Counted from the first letter of the stretch, positions 1-10,451 are shown. The stretch is 64,000 nt of DNA from a bacterium (GCA_965200245.1 CBDATS010000005.1:192001-256000); one strand, 5' to 3'. Notes: generated by a model from the sequence alone, not told the origin. Made by a program: numbers and translations.

Positions 1-1
1 A

Positions 2-448
2 AGCCCGACGCTCCAGGAGAGACGCAAGCGATTCAAAGGCGTGGACTCCACGTCGAGAAGGCCCGTGAACCGCGAATTCATCAAGAGCATTTTCACGCGC
101 GATCATCCCGGCACGGCGTACCGAGACGTGATCGGCGAATACGCGAAAGCCATCTGCGCACTCGACGATACGATCCCCAACGGCACCTACATCGACATGT
201 GCGAGCGGCTGCCGCTGGTGGAACCCAGGAAAATCACGTCTCCGGTAATGCTCGCACGCGGCGAGTTCGATAGCATCGCACATATCGACGATCTGATGGC
301 GTTTTTCCAACTGCTTCCGAATCCCGACAAGCAGTTCGTCATGATGCCCGGCATCGCCCACGCGAGCCTGCAGGAGAAAAACCACGGCATCGTCTTCTAT
401 CTGATCGAGCGCTTTTTCAGTCATCCCGCGCCCGTTTACAAGGGTTGA
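2..448 (+). CDS. alpha/beta-fold hydrolase, C-terminal part (5' end outside window)
   Basis: Frame is open from the window start. PVMLARGEFD (acid) and MPGIAHA (His) resemble the C-terminal catalytic elements of alpha/beta hydrolases. Confidence 0.7.
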   Translation, partial: SPTLQERRKRFKGVDSTSRRPVNREFIKSIFTRDHPGTAYRDVIGEYAKAICALDDTIPNGTYIDMCERLPLVEPRKITSPVMLARGEFDSIAHIDDLMAFFQLLPNPDKQFVMMPGIAHASLQEKNHGIVFYLIERFFSHPAPVYKG

Positions 449-618
449 AGACGCCCGGCGGCTGCCGCACCGGGGGGCCACTCCACTCTACTATCGCTTG
501 ATTCGCACAGGGCAATAGGGCTAGATTAGGGCCATTCAACAGTATGGATGACAGGGGCGTGGACGCTCCCATCGATAGATGAACGAATTCTTTATCCCTC
601 AAGCAGAAAGGCGCTTCC

Positions 619-1440
619 ATGGAAATCCAGGACTGGTATTCCGTCAACGAATTTGCAGCGGGCAGTTATCAAATCACCGAGGGCGGCAGGTTCAACATGC
701 TCCTTCTGGTGGGAGACGAGAAGGCGGTCGCCATCGATGGTGGCATCGGCATCGCCAACTTGAGGAAACTCTACGAGAGCATCACGGACAGGCCCATTGA
801 TTTCATCCTCACCCACACGCACTGGGATCACGTGGGCGCGGCCTCACATTGGGAGAGCGTAGGCGTCCACCCTGTCGGCAAGGACCTGCTCGCCAACGAT
901 TTCTCGAAACTTGAGCAGGCTTTCGTGAACACATGGAAGAAAAACGGAAACACTTTCCCTGACTGGTTCGATGAGGAGACCTATGGCATCAAGCCCGCCA
1001 CCTTCGGCTGGACGCTCGAGGAAGGCGACACGTTCGATTTAGGCAACAGGAAGTTCCACGTCTACGAGACACCCGGCCATTCGCCTTGCAGCATTTCACT
1101 TTACGATGAGCGCGAGAAGATTCTCGTATCGGGCGACCTGATTCGATCCGAGGAGTATCTTTTCCTGCAGGTGCCCACGGCAGTGCTCTCCGACTACGCA
1201 CCTTCGCTTCGCAAGCTCGAGAAAGTCGCCGCGGAGAACGAGGTACGCTGGATCACATCGGGTCATACCGACCCCTATCCCGACCCTTCCATCATCGGTG
1301 AGTTGGCGCAGAACATGGAGGATCTCGAAGCGGGCAAGTACGACCCGCCCGCCAAGGTAGACGGCGGCGCGTGGGGTATCGTGGACGAGTACGTGTTCCC
1401 CCGTGCGAAGGTGTGGATTCAGGATCACGCAAGAAAGTAA
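619..1440 (+). CDS. MBL-fold metallo-hydrolase (paralogue 1)
   Basis: THTHWDH (HxHxDH), TPGHS, SGD and SGH motifs. Confidence 0.9.
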   Translation: MEIQDWYSVNEFAAGSYQITEGGRFNMLLLVGDEKAVAIDGGIGIANLRKLYESITDRPIDFILTHTHWDHVGAASHWESVGVHPVGKDLLANDFSKLEQAFVNTWKKNGNTFPDWFDEETYGIKPATFGWTLEEGDTFDLGNRKFHVYETPGHSPCSISLYDEREKILVSGDLIRSEEYLFLQVPTAVLSDYAPSLRKLEKVAAENEVRWITSGHTDPYPDPSIIGELAQNMEDLEAGKYDPPAKVDGGAWGIVDEYVFPRAKVWIQDHARK

Positions 1441-1448
1441 TTCCGGGA

Positions 1449-2273
1449 ATGGACACCATGGACACGCAAGGCTGGTACGACGTTATCGAGTTTGCACCGG
1501 ATACCTATCAGTTCAACGAGGCCGGGCGATGGAACATGTTCCTCCTCGCAGGAGAAGAGAAGGCGCTTTCTCTCGACGGCGGAATCGGCGTGGGCAGCGT
1601 ACGCAGGCTCTGTGAGTCGATTACGGATATTCCGGTGGAGCATGTCCTCACCCACACGCACTGGGACCACATGGGCGCGGCCCATGAATGGGAGTCGGTG
1701 GGTGTCCACCCGAACGGCAAGGAGAAGCTCGCGAACGACTACAGCGCAGGCTGCAGGGATTTCGTCGAGACCTGGGAGGGAAAACCTTTTCCCGAGGGAT
1801 TCGATCCGGAGACTTTCACCATACCGCCCGGAAAGTTCGGACGGGCGGTGTCCGAAGGCGATGTGATAGATCTCGGCGGCAGAAAAATTCATGTATACGA
1901 CACGCCGGGGCATTCTCCCTGCAGCATCTCTCTGTACGACGAGAAAGAGCGCGTCCTCATCTCGGGCGATCTGGTGAAACCTGGCCAGCCGCTCTTTATT
2001 CAGGTGCCCACGGCCGTCCTGTCACAATACGGCCCCTCGATGCGAAGACTCCAGAAAATCGCCGAAGGAAACAGCGCCAGATTCGTCTGCTCGGGTCATA
2101 CCGATCCATGCGAGGATATTTCTGTCATCGGGCGGATGGCACAGTTCGTGGAAGAAGTAGCGGCGGGCAGGCATGAACCACCCGCCAAGGTGGAAGCCGG
2201 AAAATGGGGCGTGGTAGATGAATACACATCCTGCGACATGAAGATATGGACCAACGACAACGCCAGAAAATAG
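1449..2273 (+). CDS. MBL-fold metallo-hydrolase (paralogue 2)
   Basis: Same motifs as 619-1440 and collinear with it. Start placed at ATG 1449 (1458 also possible). Confidence 0.9.
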   Translation: MDTMDTQGWYDVIEFAPDTYQFNEAGRWNMFLLAGEEKALSLDGGIGVGSVRRLCESITDIPVEHVLTHTHWDHMGAAHEWESVGVHPNGKEKLANDYSAGCRDFVETWEGKPFPEGFDPETFTIPPGKFGRAVSEGDVIDLGGRKIHVYDTPGHSPCSISLYDEKERVLISGDLVKPGQPLFIQVPTAVLSQYGPSMRRLQKIAEGNSARFVCSGHTDPCEDISVIGRMAQFVEEVAAGRHEPPAKVEAGKWGVVDEYTSCDMKIWTNDNARK

Positions 2274-2289
2274 CGGAGGACCAATCCAG

Positions 2290-4236
2290 GTGAACGCCCC
2301 GGACATTATTTGGCGGCCGAACGAGGATTTCCTGACGAACAGTCACGTCGCCAGGCTGATGAAAAAGCTCGGCATCCCGGATTACCGCGAGTTCCTGCGC
2401 TGGTCGGTCGAGGACATCCACCGCTTCTGGGAGGTCGTGCTCGAAGACATGGGGTTCGAGTGGCACAGACCCTACGACGAACTTCTGGACATGAGCGGCG
2501 GCTTCCCGTGGGCGAAATGGTTCATAGGCGGCGAGACAAACCTCGTCTTGAACTGCATCGACCGCCACGTGGAACGTGGTCGCAAGGATGAGACCGCTCT
2601 CGTTTGGGAGAGCGACGGGGGCGACACCCGCACGTTCACCTACGCCGAACTCTCGGCGGAAGTATCACGCCTCGCAAACGCCATGCGCGGGATGGGCCTG
2701 AAACCCGGCGATGTCGCGGGCGTGTTCCTCCCCATGGTACCCGAAGCGGCCATCGTCATGTATGCGTGTTTCAAGACGGGGGTGGCCGTGCTGCCCGTGT
2801 TCTCTGGCTTCGGCCCCGAGGGCCTGGCCGAACGCCTCATACACGCTGAAGCGCGTATCCTCTTCACGGTGGACGGCGCCGTTCGCAGGGGCAAGAAGGT
2901 CCCCCTTAAAGGTACGGTGGATGCCGCTCTCGAACGCGGCGCGATGGTCGAGAAAGTCGTAGTACTTACGCGTTCGGGCGATGAGGTTCCCATGAAAGAG
3001 GGGCGCGACGTCACCTGGGATGACTTCGTTGCTGGACAATCCTCGCAAGCCAGAACAGAACGGCTTCCCGCCGACGCCGTTTCGATGATCATGTACACCT
3101 CGGGAACCACCGGCAAACCCAAGGGCACCGTCTACACTCACGCAGGCCTCATGAGCGGCCCCGGACGCGAACTCAGGTACTGCCTCGACATGCGCGACGG
3201 CGACACTGTCTTCTGGGTAACGGACTTCGGCTGGGTCATGGCTCCCTATGAATTGGTGGGTTCCCATTTCAGCGGCCATTCGTGCCTGCTCTACGAGAGC
3301 GTACCTAACCACCCCGCGCCCGACAGACTCTGGAAAATCATCGCGAGACACGGCGTCACCCATCTGGGACTCTCACCCACGGCGGTGCGTGTGCTGATAA
3401 GTGCGGGCGACGAGTGGGTGGAAGGCCAGGACCTCTCCTCCCTGCGCGTACTGGGCTCCACGGGCGAGCCGTGGGACCCGGAGTCCTACATGTGGTACTT
3501 CGAAAAAGTGGGCGGCGGGCGATGCCCCATCATGAACATATCGGGCGGCACGGAGATAGGCGCCTGCCTGCTGCAACCCCTGCCCGTCATGGACCTGAGT
3601 CCCTGCACGCTGGGTGCTCCCGCCATGGGCACGGACACGGACGTGTTCGGCGAAGATGCCAAGCCGATTCGCGGCGAGGTGGGCCATCTCGTGCTCAAAC
3701 AGCCCATTCCCTCGCTCACCAACGGTTTCTGGAAGGAGCCGGAACGTTATATCGAGACATACTTCTCGCGCTGGGAGGGTGTGTGGTACCACGGCGACTG
3801 GGCCAAGGTGGACGAGCAGGGCCTCTGGTATCTCTATGGCCGATCAGACGACACCATCAAGGTATCGGGCAAGCGGGTGGGGCCGAACGAGATCGAATCG
3901 GAACTCATCAAACACCCCGGCGTCATCGAGGCGGCTGTCGTGGGAACACCGCATCCGGTAAAGGGAGAAGGACTAACCTGTTTCGTCGTCATGCACGATT
4001 CCTTTGAACTTAACGACGCCCTGCGCGAGGAATTGAAAGACCAGGCAGTGCAGTATCTCGGCAAGAGTCTGAGACCCGATGAGGTTCGGTTCGTGAAGGC
4101 ACTGCCCAAGACACGTTCCGCGAAAATCGTGAGAAACGCCATCAAGAAGGTGTATCTGGGCGAGCCGGTGGATCACATGGACCTCAACTCGCTCGAAAAC
4201 CCCGCATACCTCGACGCCATCCGGGAGGCGGTGTAA
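2290..4236 (+). CDS. AMP-forming acyl-CoA synthetase (acetate/acetoacetate-CoA ligase-like), paralogue 1
   Basis: YTSGTTGKPKG, GSTGEPW, NISGGTE, YHGD, GRSDD and LPKTRSAKI motifs. GGAGG RBS before the GTG start. Confidence 0.92.
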   Translation: MNAPDIIWRPNEDFLTNSHVARLMKKLGIPDYREFLRWSVEDIHRFWEVVLEDMGFEWHRPYDELLDMSGGFPWAKWFIGGETNLVLNCIDRHVERGRKDETALVWESDGGDTRTFTYAELSAEVSRLANAMRGMGLKPGDVAGVFLPMVPEAAIVMYACFKTGVAVLPVFSGFGPEGLAERLIHAEARILFTVDGAVRRGKKVPLKGTVDAALERGAMVEKVVVLTRSGDEVPMKEGRDVTWDDFVAGQSSQARTERLPADAVSMIMYTSGTTGKPKGTVYTHAGLMSGPGRELRYCLDMRDGDTVFWVTDFGWVMAPYELVGSHFSGHSCLLYESVPNHPAPDRLWKIIARHGVTHLGLSPTAVRVLISAGDEWVEGQDLSSLRVLGSTGEPWDPESYMWYFEKVGGGRCPIMNISGGTEIGACLLQPLPVMDLSPCTLGAPAMGTDTDVFGEDAKPIRGEVGHLVLKQPIPSLTNGFWKEPERYIETYFSRWEGVWYHGDWAKVDEQGLWYLYGRSDDTIKVSGKRVGPNEIESELIKHPGVIEAAVVGTPHPVKGEGLTCFVVMHDSFELNDALREELKDQAVQYLGKSLRPDEVRFVKALPKTRSAKIVRNAIKKVYLGEPVDHMDLNSLENPAYLDAIREAV

Positions 4237-4399
4237 ATCCGGGCTAGAAGCGTCCGAAGGAGACATCGGTGATTATCCATACCTGACCCACCGATAAAAG
4301 GTACTAGATATAATATGTGGCCTACCTGCACCATTCCTTAAGCAGGAAGGGTCATATCCTTAAAGCTCTCACCCCAATATATGGAGACTAGTCCGTTAA

Positions 4400-5302
4400 A
4401 TGGATAATAGCCAAGGCATTGAAGGGCAGTATGTTAAAGCTGAAAGAATTTGATTAAAGGATCATCCTGACTTAAACGAAAAATGGGTTCAAGATAAAAT
4501 CAAAAAAGACACTTCAATCCTCGGATTGGGCGAGTTGGAAGTGATAGCAACCGAGAGAAAGCAACCTAACGCGGGCCGCTTGGATATGTTACTACGATAT
4601 CCAAATACAAATCGCAGATATGAGGTTGAGATTCAACTTGGAGCAACCGATGAATCTCATATCATTCGCACAATTGAGTATTGGGACATCGAGCGAAAAC
4701 GGTTTCCACAGTATGAACATTGCGCAGTTTTGGTCGCAGAGAATGTCACGAGTCGTTTTCTGAATGTCGTTTCACTGTTCAACGGTACAATTCCATTGAT
4801 TGCGGTTCAGTTTCAAGCTGTGAAAATCAGAGAATTCACCTCGCTTATATTCACTACTGTAATGGACGAACTAGTGCGAGGAGACGAAGATGAGGAACCT
4901 CCATCACCAGCGGATCGAACATACTGGGAACAGCGTGGCCCAAAAGCTACAGTCGAAATTGCAGATCGACTTTTGGAAATAGTCAAAGACTTCGACCCAG
5001 AACTAGAGTTAAACTACACCAAAACTTACATTAGCCTTGCAAAGAACAATAGGGTATCCAGCAAGATCCAATTCAGACCCCAGAAAGATTATCTCCGTCT
5101 TAGTGTTTTTCTAGAAAAATCACAAGATATTGAACAACTAGTCGAACAAGTTGGCTTTACATATGAGACAAAAGGAGTTCATACACCAGGAGCTTACTCA
5201 GCAAAGCTCTATCAAAGCGATATCGAGAATCATAGCGACACATTGAAAGAATTCATGCGCATGGCCTACGAGCGCAAAATACTTTGGCTGCCGGAGAAAT
5301 AA
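4400..5302 (+). pseudogene. PD-(D/E)xK/NucS-like nuclease with DUF5655-like C-terminal domain, interrupted by in-frame TGA at 4451-4453
   Basis: ATG 4400 reads MDNSQGIEGQYVKAERI*LKDHPDLNEKWVQDKIKKDTSILGLGEL, in frame with ORF 4526-5302. GRLDMLL...YEVEIQLG nuclease-like core. AT-rich compared with the flanks. Confidence 0.7.
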
Positions 5303-5304
5303 AC

Positions 5305-7251
5305 ATGAACGAATCCGGTATCATCTGGCGACCCAACCAAGATTTTCTCGAAAACTCGAACGTCGCCCGCTTCATGAAGAAACATGGGCTGGCGAGCTAC
5401 GAGGCGCTGCTCGATTATTTCCGTGAAGATGTCGGCCGCTTCTGGGAAGCGCTCGAAAAGGACATGGGCGTCTCCTGGTACAGGCCGTATGATCAGATAA
5501 TGGATCCATCGGGCGGGCTCCCCTGGACGAAATGGTTTGTGGGGGGTGAGATCAACATCGTCCACAACTGCATCGACAGACATCTCGAAACGCCAACGCG
5601 TGAGAAGACGGTCCTCATCTGGGAGGGAGACGGCGGTGAAGTGCGCCGTCACACCTATGCCGAGATGAACCGCCAGGTTTGCCGCCTTGCGAACGCCATG
5701 CGCGAGATGGGGATGCGCGCAGGAGACAGTGCCGGCATCTTCATGCCCATGCTCCCCGAGACGGTGTTCGCCATGTTCGCGTGCCTGAAAATCGGCGTTG
5801 TCGCGATTCCCATTTTCTCGGGTTTCGGCCCCGAAGCGGTCGCCGAACGTCTCGAACACGCCGAGGCGAGGCTCGTTTTTACATCGGACAGCGGGATGCG
5901 CCGGGGCAAGGAACTCGGCGTGAAGGTGTTGATGGACAAGGCGCTGGACCCCGGGACACAGGTCGAGAAGGTGGTGGTTTTCCAAAGAACCGGGACGGAT
6001 GTCCCCATGCAGGCCGGGCGCGACGTTTACTGGGACGATTTTGTTCGAGACCAACTCGAGGAGGCTGCAACCGAGCGCCTGCCCGCAGAGGCTCATTCCC
6101 TCATCATCTACACCTCGGGTACGACGGGAAAGCCCAAGGGTACGGTGCACACCCACGCGGGGTGTATGCTCAACGTCTCGAAGGAAATCCGCTACTGCAT
6201 GGACCTGCGCGATACGGATACCCTGTTCTGGGTGACGGATATCGGCTGGATGATGGGTCCCTGGAAGATGATAGGCGTCCAGTTCGGTGGCGGCACGTAT
6301 CTGATTTATGAGGGCGCCCCCAACTGGCCCGAACCTGACAGGCTCTGGAAGATGCTGAGCGACCACGGAGTTACCATCTTCGGCGTCTCACCCACCGCCG
6401 TGCGCCTCCTCATCAGCCAGGGTGACGAGTGGGTGAAAAAACACGACCTCTCCTCATTGCGCGTGCTGGGTTCGACTGGCGAACCCTGGGACCCGGAATC
6501 CTATATGTGGTATTTCGAAAAGGTAGGCGGCGGGCGTTGCCCCGTCATGAACATATCAGGCGGAACGGAACTCTGCGGCTGCATCCTTCAGCCCTACCCC
6601 ATCGTTCCGCTCACGTCGTGCTCGTTGGGCGGTCCGGCCTTGGGATCGGACGCCGACGTGTTCGACGAAGAGGGAAAACCCGTACGCGGGGAGATCGGCC
6701 ATCTCGTGCTCAAGCAACCCGTCCCCTCAATGACCAAGGGGTTCCTGAAAGACGATGCGCGCTTCATCGAAACGTATTTTTCCCGCTGGCCGAACGTCTG
6801 GTACCACGGCGACTGGGCGCGTCTGGACGAGGACGGGCAGTGGTATCTCTTCGGGAGGTCTGACGACACGATCAACATCGCGGGCAAGCGTGTGGGACCT
6901 GCCGAGGTGGAGGCCACCCTCATCGGGCATCCCACCGTGGTGGAAGCCGCCGTCATCGGTGCGCCGCACCCCATCAAGGGTGAGGGACTCTGCTGTTTCG
7001 TGGTGCTTGCGACGGACCATGAACCGAGCGATGTGCTGCGTGAGGAACTCAAAGAGGAAGCCGTGAAATACCTTGGGAAAAGCCTTCGCCCCGATGAGGT
7101 CAAGTTCGTCGATGCGTTGCCCAAGACGCGTTCGGCGAAGATAGTGCGCGGGGCCATCAAGAGAGTCTATTTGGGCGAGGACCCTGCGAACATCGACACT
7201 TCATCTATCGAAGTGCCCGACTTCCTTGACGCCATCAAGGAAGCACGATGA
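5305..7251 (+). CDS. AMP-forming acyl-CoA synthetase, paralogue 2
   Basis: Same motifs as 2290-4236. GGAG RBS before ATG 5305. Confidence 0.92.
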   Translation: MNESGIIWRPNQDFLENSNVARFMKKHGLASYEALLDYFREDVGRFWEALEKDMGVSWYRPYDQIMDPSGGLPWTKWFVGGEINIVHNCIDRHLETPTREKTVLIWEGDGGEVRRHTYAEMNRQVCRLANAMREMGMRAGDSAGIFMPMLPETVFAMFACLKIGVVAIPIFSGFGPEAVAERLEHAEARLVFTSDSGMRRGKELGVKVLMDKALDPGTQVEKVVVFQRTGTDVPMQAGRDVYWDDFVRDQLEEAATERLPAEAHSLIIYTSGTTGKPKGTVHTHAGCMLNVSKEIRYCMDLRDTDTLFWVTDIGWMMGPWKMIGVQFGGGTYLIYEGAPNWPEPDRLWKMLSDHGVTIFGVSPTAVRLLISQGDEWVKKHDLSSLRVLGSTGEPWDPESYMWYFEKVGGGRCPVMNISGGTELCGCILQPYPIVPLTSCSLGGPALGSDADVFDEEGKPVRGEIGHLVLKQPVPSMTKGFLKDDARFIETYFSRWPNVWYHGDWARLDEDGQWYLFGRSDDTINIAGKRVGPAEVEATLIGHPTVVEAAVIGAPHPIKGEGLCCFVVLATDHEPSDVLREELKEEAVKYLGKSLRPDEVKFVDALPKTRSAKIVRGAIKRVYLGEDPANIDTSSIEVPDFLDAIKEAR

Positions 7252-7252
7252 A

Positions 7253-7513
7253 ATGGCGCTTCTCAATTGCCCCGAATGCGGGGGACTCCTGAGTACAGAA
7301 GCCGTCTCCTGCCCGCACTGCGGCTATCCGCTGAAAAAAAGCGGAATCGGCAGCGTATTTCACGCCATCGCCCAGATACCGTGCTTCATTGCGGGCCTGA
7401 TTCTCATCTTCATCGCGCTGTTTTTCGGTCTCGTTCTCCTGGACGTCTATTACTTCCACGGCCTCATTCACCGGTTGCTCGGCCTCGAAAACGAAGTCAT
7501 CACCCGGTTCTAG
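7253..7513 (+). CDS. small zinc-ribbon membrane protein
   Basis: MALLNCPECG...SCPHCGYP (two CxxC) followed by one hydrophobic helix. Confidence 0.7.
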   Translation: MALLNCPECGGLLSTEAVSCPHCGYPLKKSGIGSVFHAIAQIPCFIAGLILIFIALFFGLVLLDVYYFHGLIHRLLGLENEVITRF

Positions 7514-7545
7514 GGGAATTTCGCGCCCTTGGCAGCCCTCCCCGG

Positions 7546-8844
7546 TCAGTTCATGAGCATGCGCGGGAGCCAGAGCACGAGTTCAGGGAAGATGATCGTC
7601 AGGACGACGACGATGAGGGATAAGAGGATATAGGGAATCGCCAGGACGGCCAGCCGCTCGAAAGGCAACCCGGTGACGGGTATGAGCGCGTAGAGCACCA
7701 TTCCGACCGGAGGCGTGAGCAGGCCTATCGTCAGGGCGACCGTCATCACCACCCCGAAATGGATGGGGTCGATTCCGAATTTCTCTGCCGTGGGCAACAG
7801 GATCGGTGTCAGGATGAGGATAGCGGGGGTTTCCGCCATGAAGCATCCGACAATCATCCACAATATCGTGAAAAGAAATAACAGGAGCGTCGGGTCGTTA
7901 GTGATTTGCGTGATCAGGGCGGCCAGGGCGTCTGGCACCTGTCCGCGAATCATCACGACGCCGAACGCCGAGGTGAAGGCGATGACCAGCATGATGACGG
8001 CCGTATCGATCATCGTTCCCTTGATCTCGCGCATCAGGTGACGCCAGCCGTATTCCCTGTAGAAGAGTAGTCCCAGCACCATCGCGTAGAACGCCGCAAC
8101 GGCGGCCGCCTCGGTCGGTGTGAAGATACCCCCGTAAATGCCGCCGATGATGATCACGGGCGTCATGAGCGGCAAAAAAGCGTTCCGGAAAGAAACGAGA
8201 AGCTCTCGGATTCCCGCGAGGGATCCTGAAGGATAGTTACCCCTCCGAGCGCGATAGCTTACGTAGAGGATGAAACAGATCGCCATCAACGTTCCGGGGA
8301 TGACGCCGCCCAGAAACAGCGAACCGATGGATTCTTCCGCGATGACGCCGTAGGCCACGAGCGGGATGCTCGGGGGGATGATGGGCCCGATGAGGGAAGA
8401 AGCGGCCGTTATCCCTGCACTGAAGTCCCTGTCGTAGCCCTCCTGCAGCATCGCGCGCATTTCCACCGTGCCGAGTCCCACGGCATCGGCTGTCGCCGCA
8501 CCCGACATGCCTGCGAAGATAATGCTCGCCAGCACGTTCGCGTGCCCGAGTCCTCCCTTCAAAGGACGCGAGACGACGCTCACGAAACCGAAAAGCCTTT
8601 CCGTGATCCCGCCCATGTTCATGAGCCTGCCCGTCAGGAGAAAGAACGGGATGGCCAGCAGGAGAAAGTTGTTGATCTTGGCAAACGCCAGCCTGGCGAT
8701 CATCGAAGAGGTACGCGGGTCCAGAAAATCGCCGAAAAAATAGCCAGCGCCCACCATGGAAACCGCGCCCGCGCCGAATCCCACAGGAAAACCCAACATG
8801 ATCAAGACGACGAGAGAGAAAGCCAAAAAAGCGTAAGCGGCCAT
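7546..8844 (-). CDS. dctM: TRAP transporter large permease
   Basis: LLAIPFF, GGLGHANV, GPIIPPSIP, FTPTEAA and GLLTPPVG motifs. Confidence 0.93.
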   Translation of the reverse strand: MAAYAFLAFSLVVLIMLGFPVGFGAGAVSMVGAGYFFGDFLDPRTSSMIARLAFAKINNFLLLAIPFFLLTGRLMNMGGITERLFGFVSVVSRPLKGGLGHANVLASIIFAGMSGAATADAVGLGTVEMRAMLQEGYDRDFSAGITAASSLIGPIIPPSIPLVAYGVIAEESIGSLFLGGVIPGTLMAICFILYVSYRARRGNYPSGSLAGIRELLVSFRNAFLPLMTPVIIIGGIYGGIFTPTEAAAVAAFYAMVLGLLFYREYGWRHLMREIKGTMIDTAVIMLVIAFTSAFGVVMIRGQVPDALAALITQITNDPTLLLFLFTILWMIVGCFMAETPAILILTPILLPTAEKFGIDPIHFGVVMTVALTIGLLTPPVGMVLYALIPVTGLPFERLAVLAIPYILLSLIVVVLTIIFPELVLWLPRMLMN

Positions 8845-8846
8845 CG

Positions 8847-9407
8847 TTATCCGGTTTCCTTCGTGCCGTCAGTTTCTGAAAACAAGGTTTTCAGGCTCTC
8901 TCCGAACCCGATGAGGACGTAAAGTATGGTCAACGCGATGGCGACACACTCAATGAGGTAGAGATACCCCGTGCGCAGCCAGGAGATGGCTATCATGTAG
9001 GATTCCCAAGTGACGGAGACCATCGCCGCAGCACCGCGCAGTAAAAAAACGAGGAAAACCAGGATAACAACATCGAAGAGTATCCGCACAATGGCACGGG
9101 GGCGGGTCGGAAGTCGGTTGAAGAGAAAATCGACGACGATGTGGCGCTTTTCGGCGACGCCGATTGCTATCCCCAGGAACACGCTCGTGATGAAGAGGAT
9201 TCTCGCCAGTTCTTCAGTCCAGTCGACGGAGATCGCCAACTTTCGGAAGAGAATCTGCGCCCAGGTCGAGAGCAGCATCCCACAGAAGCCGACGAGGGAG
9301 ACGCCCGTTACGAGATGGTTCACGCTTCTGAGCATTCCCCTGGGTGGACGTGAAGTCACGAGACCGGAATCCCCCGTATGGATAGACTCAGAAGAAAAAC
9401 CAGACAA
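8847..9407 (-). CDS. dctQ: TRAP transporter small permease
   Basis: WTEELAR and HIVVD motifs, four TM segments, located between dctP and dctM. Confidence 0.9.
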   Translation of the reverse strand: MSGFSSESIHTGDSGLVTSRPPRGMLRSVNHLVTGVSLVGFCGMLLSTWAQILFRKLAISVDWTEELARILFITSVFLGIAIGVAEKRHIVVDFLFNRLPTRPRAIVRILFDVVILVFLVFLLRGAAAMVSVTWESYMIAISWLRTGYLYLIECVAIALTILYVLIGFGESLKTLFSETDGTKETG

Positions 9408-9464
9408 TCCTCCGGCACCCCGTGAACCCGATCACGAGGCGCCGGAGAGATTCAAGTGGATGCG

Positions 9465-10451
9465 TTACTTCGCCTGTTTGGCGATGTCACTGAGCAGTCC
9501 GGGACGGCACTTCTCCTTCGCGAACTGTTTCACAATTGGCTCGGCGATTTTCTGGAAGGCCGCGACGTTGGGTTTTACGACCTTCATTCCCTTGGCCTTG
9601 AGCTTCGCCTCGACATCGGCGAAGGACTTCCAGACGGCGTCGGTCATCCAATCGATAGCTTTCTTCGCTTCCTCATCGAAGATTTTCTTGTGCCCGGCCT
9701 TCAGGGACTTGTAGAACCCGTTATTGGCCGAAACGACGAAATAGCTCCAAACGTGGCCCGTGAGGTTCAGGTATTTCTGCACTTCGTAGAAGTTCGATCC
9801 GTAGATGGTTCCGAGTGGGTTCTCCTGTGCCTCCACCGTTCCGGTTTGCAGCGCGCCGTAAAGTTCCTTGAACGACATCGGCACGGGGTTTGCGCCAAAG
9901 GCCTTAAACACGCGCTGGCGCAGCTTATTCGTAATGCGCACCTTGATGCCCTTCATGTCCGAGGGGTTTTTGACGGGCACTTTCGAGGTGAGGTTTCGCG
10001 CCCCGCGGTGCCCGACGCCTACGATCCGAATGTTGTGCTTTTTCTGAAGTACGGAACTCACCTCTTTTCCAAGCGGCCCATTCCATACCCGGAGTCCATG
10101 ATTGCCGTCACTGTAGACGAACTCGGCCTCCATGCACTGATATTCCTTCACGAGGTGGTGCACTACGACCGGCCCCGCCACATGCAGCTGAATCTCGTTC
10201 GTTCCCAATTGTTGCAGCAACTGCTTGTCGCCGCCCAGGGCGCCGCCCGCGATGATCTGCATGTCGAGTTCACCTTTCGAACGCGCCCGCATGGCGTCGG
10301 CCCAGCGTTGCATGGCCTGCACACTGAACTCCTTGGTGCTGTTCGTGGTACCCAGCGTGAATTTCACCTTCGCGGCATCCGCGAAGGGGGCGATGAGTGC
10401 CACACAAACAAAGAATACAACAATCGCAAAACCGGTTTTCAACCAATCCAT
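9465..10451 (-). CDS. dctP: TRAP transporter substrate-binding protein
   Basis: Signal peptide; DMKGIKVR, GANPVPM and ELYGALQTGTVEAQENP motifs. Confidence 0.93.
   Translation of the reverse strand: MDWLKTGFAIVVFFVCVALIAPFADAAKVKFTLGTTNSTKEFSVQAMQRWADAMRARSKGELDMQIIAGGALGGDKQLLQQLGTNEIQLHVAGPVVVHHLVKEYQCMEAEFVYSDGNHGLRVWNGPLGKEVSSVLQKKHNIRIVGVGHRGARNLTSKVPVKNPSDMKGIKVRITNKLRQRVFKAFGANPVPMSFKELYGALQTGTVEAQENPLGTIYGSNFYEVQKYLNLTGHVWSYFVVSANNGFYKSLKAGHKKIFDEEAKKAIDWMTDAVWKSFADVEAKLKAKGMKVVKPNVAAFQKIAEPIVKQFAKEKCRPGLLSDIAKQAK

Noticed and set aside
454-474. GC hairpin after the first gene as an intrinsic terminator
   Set aside because: No U-tract follows, so it cannot be supported.
4451-4475. 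Selenocysteine or genetic code 4/25 for the TGA in the nuclease gene
   Set aside because: The context is not a redox Cys, only a 4-bp hairpin follows, the gene's Trp codons are TGG, and TGA is a normal stop elsewhere.
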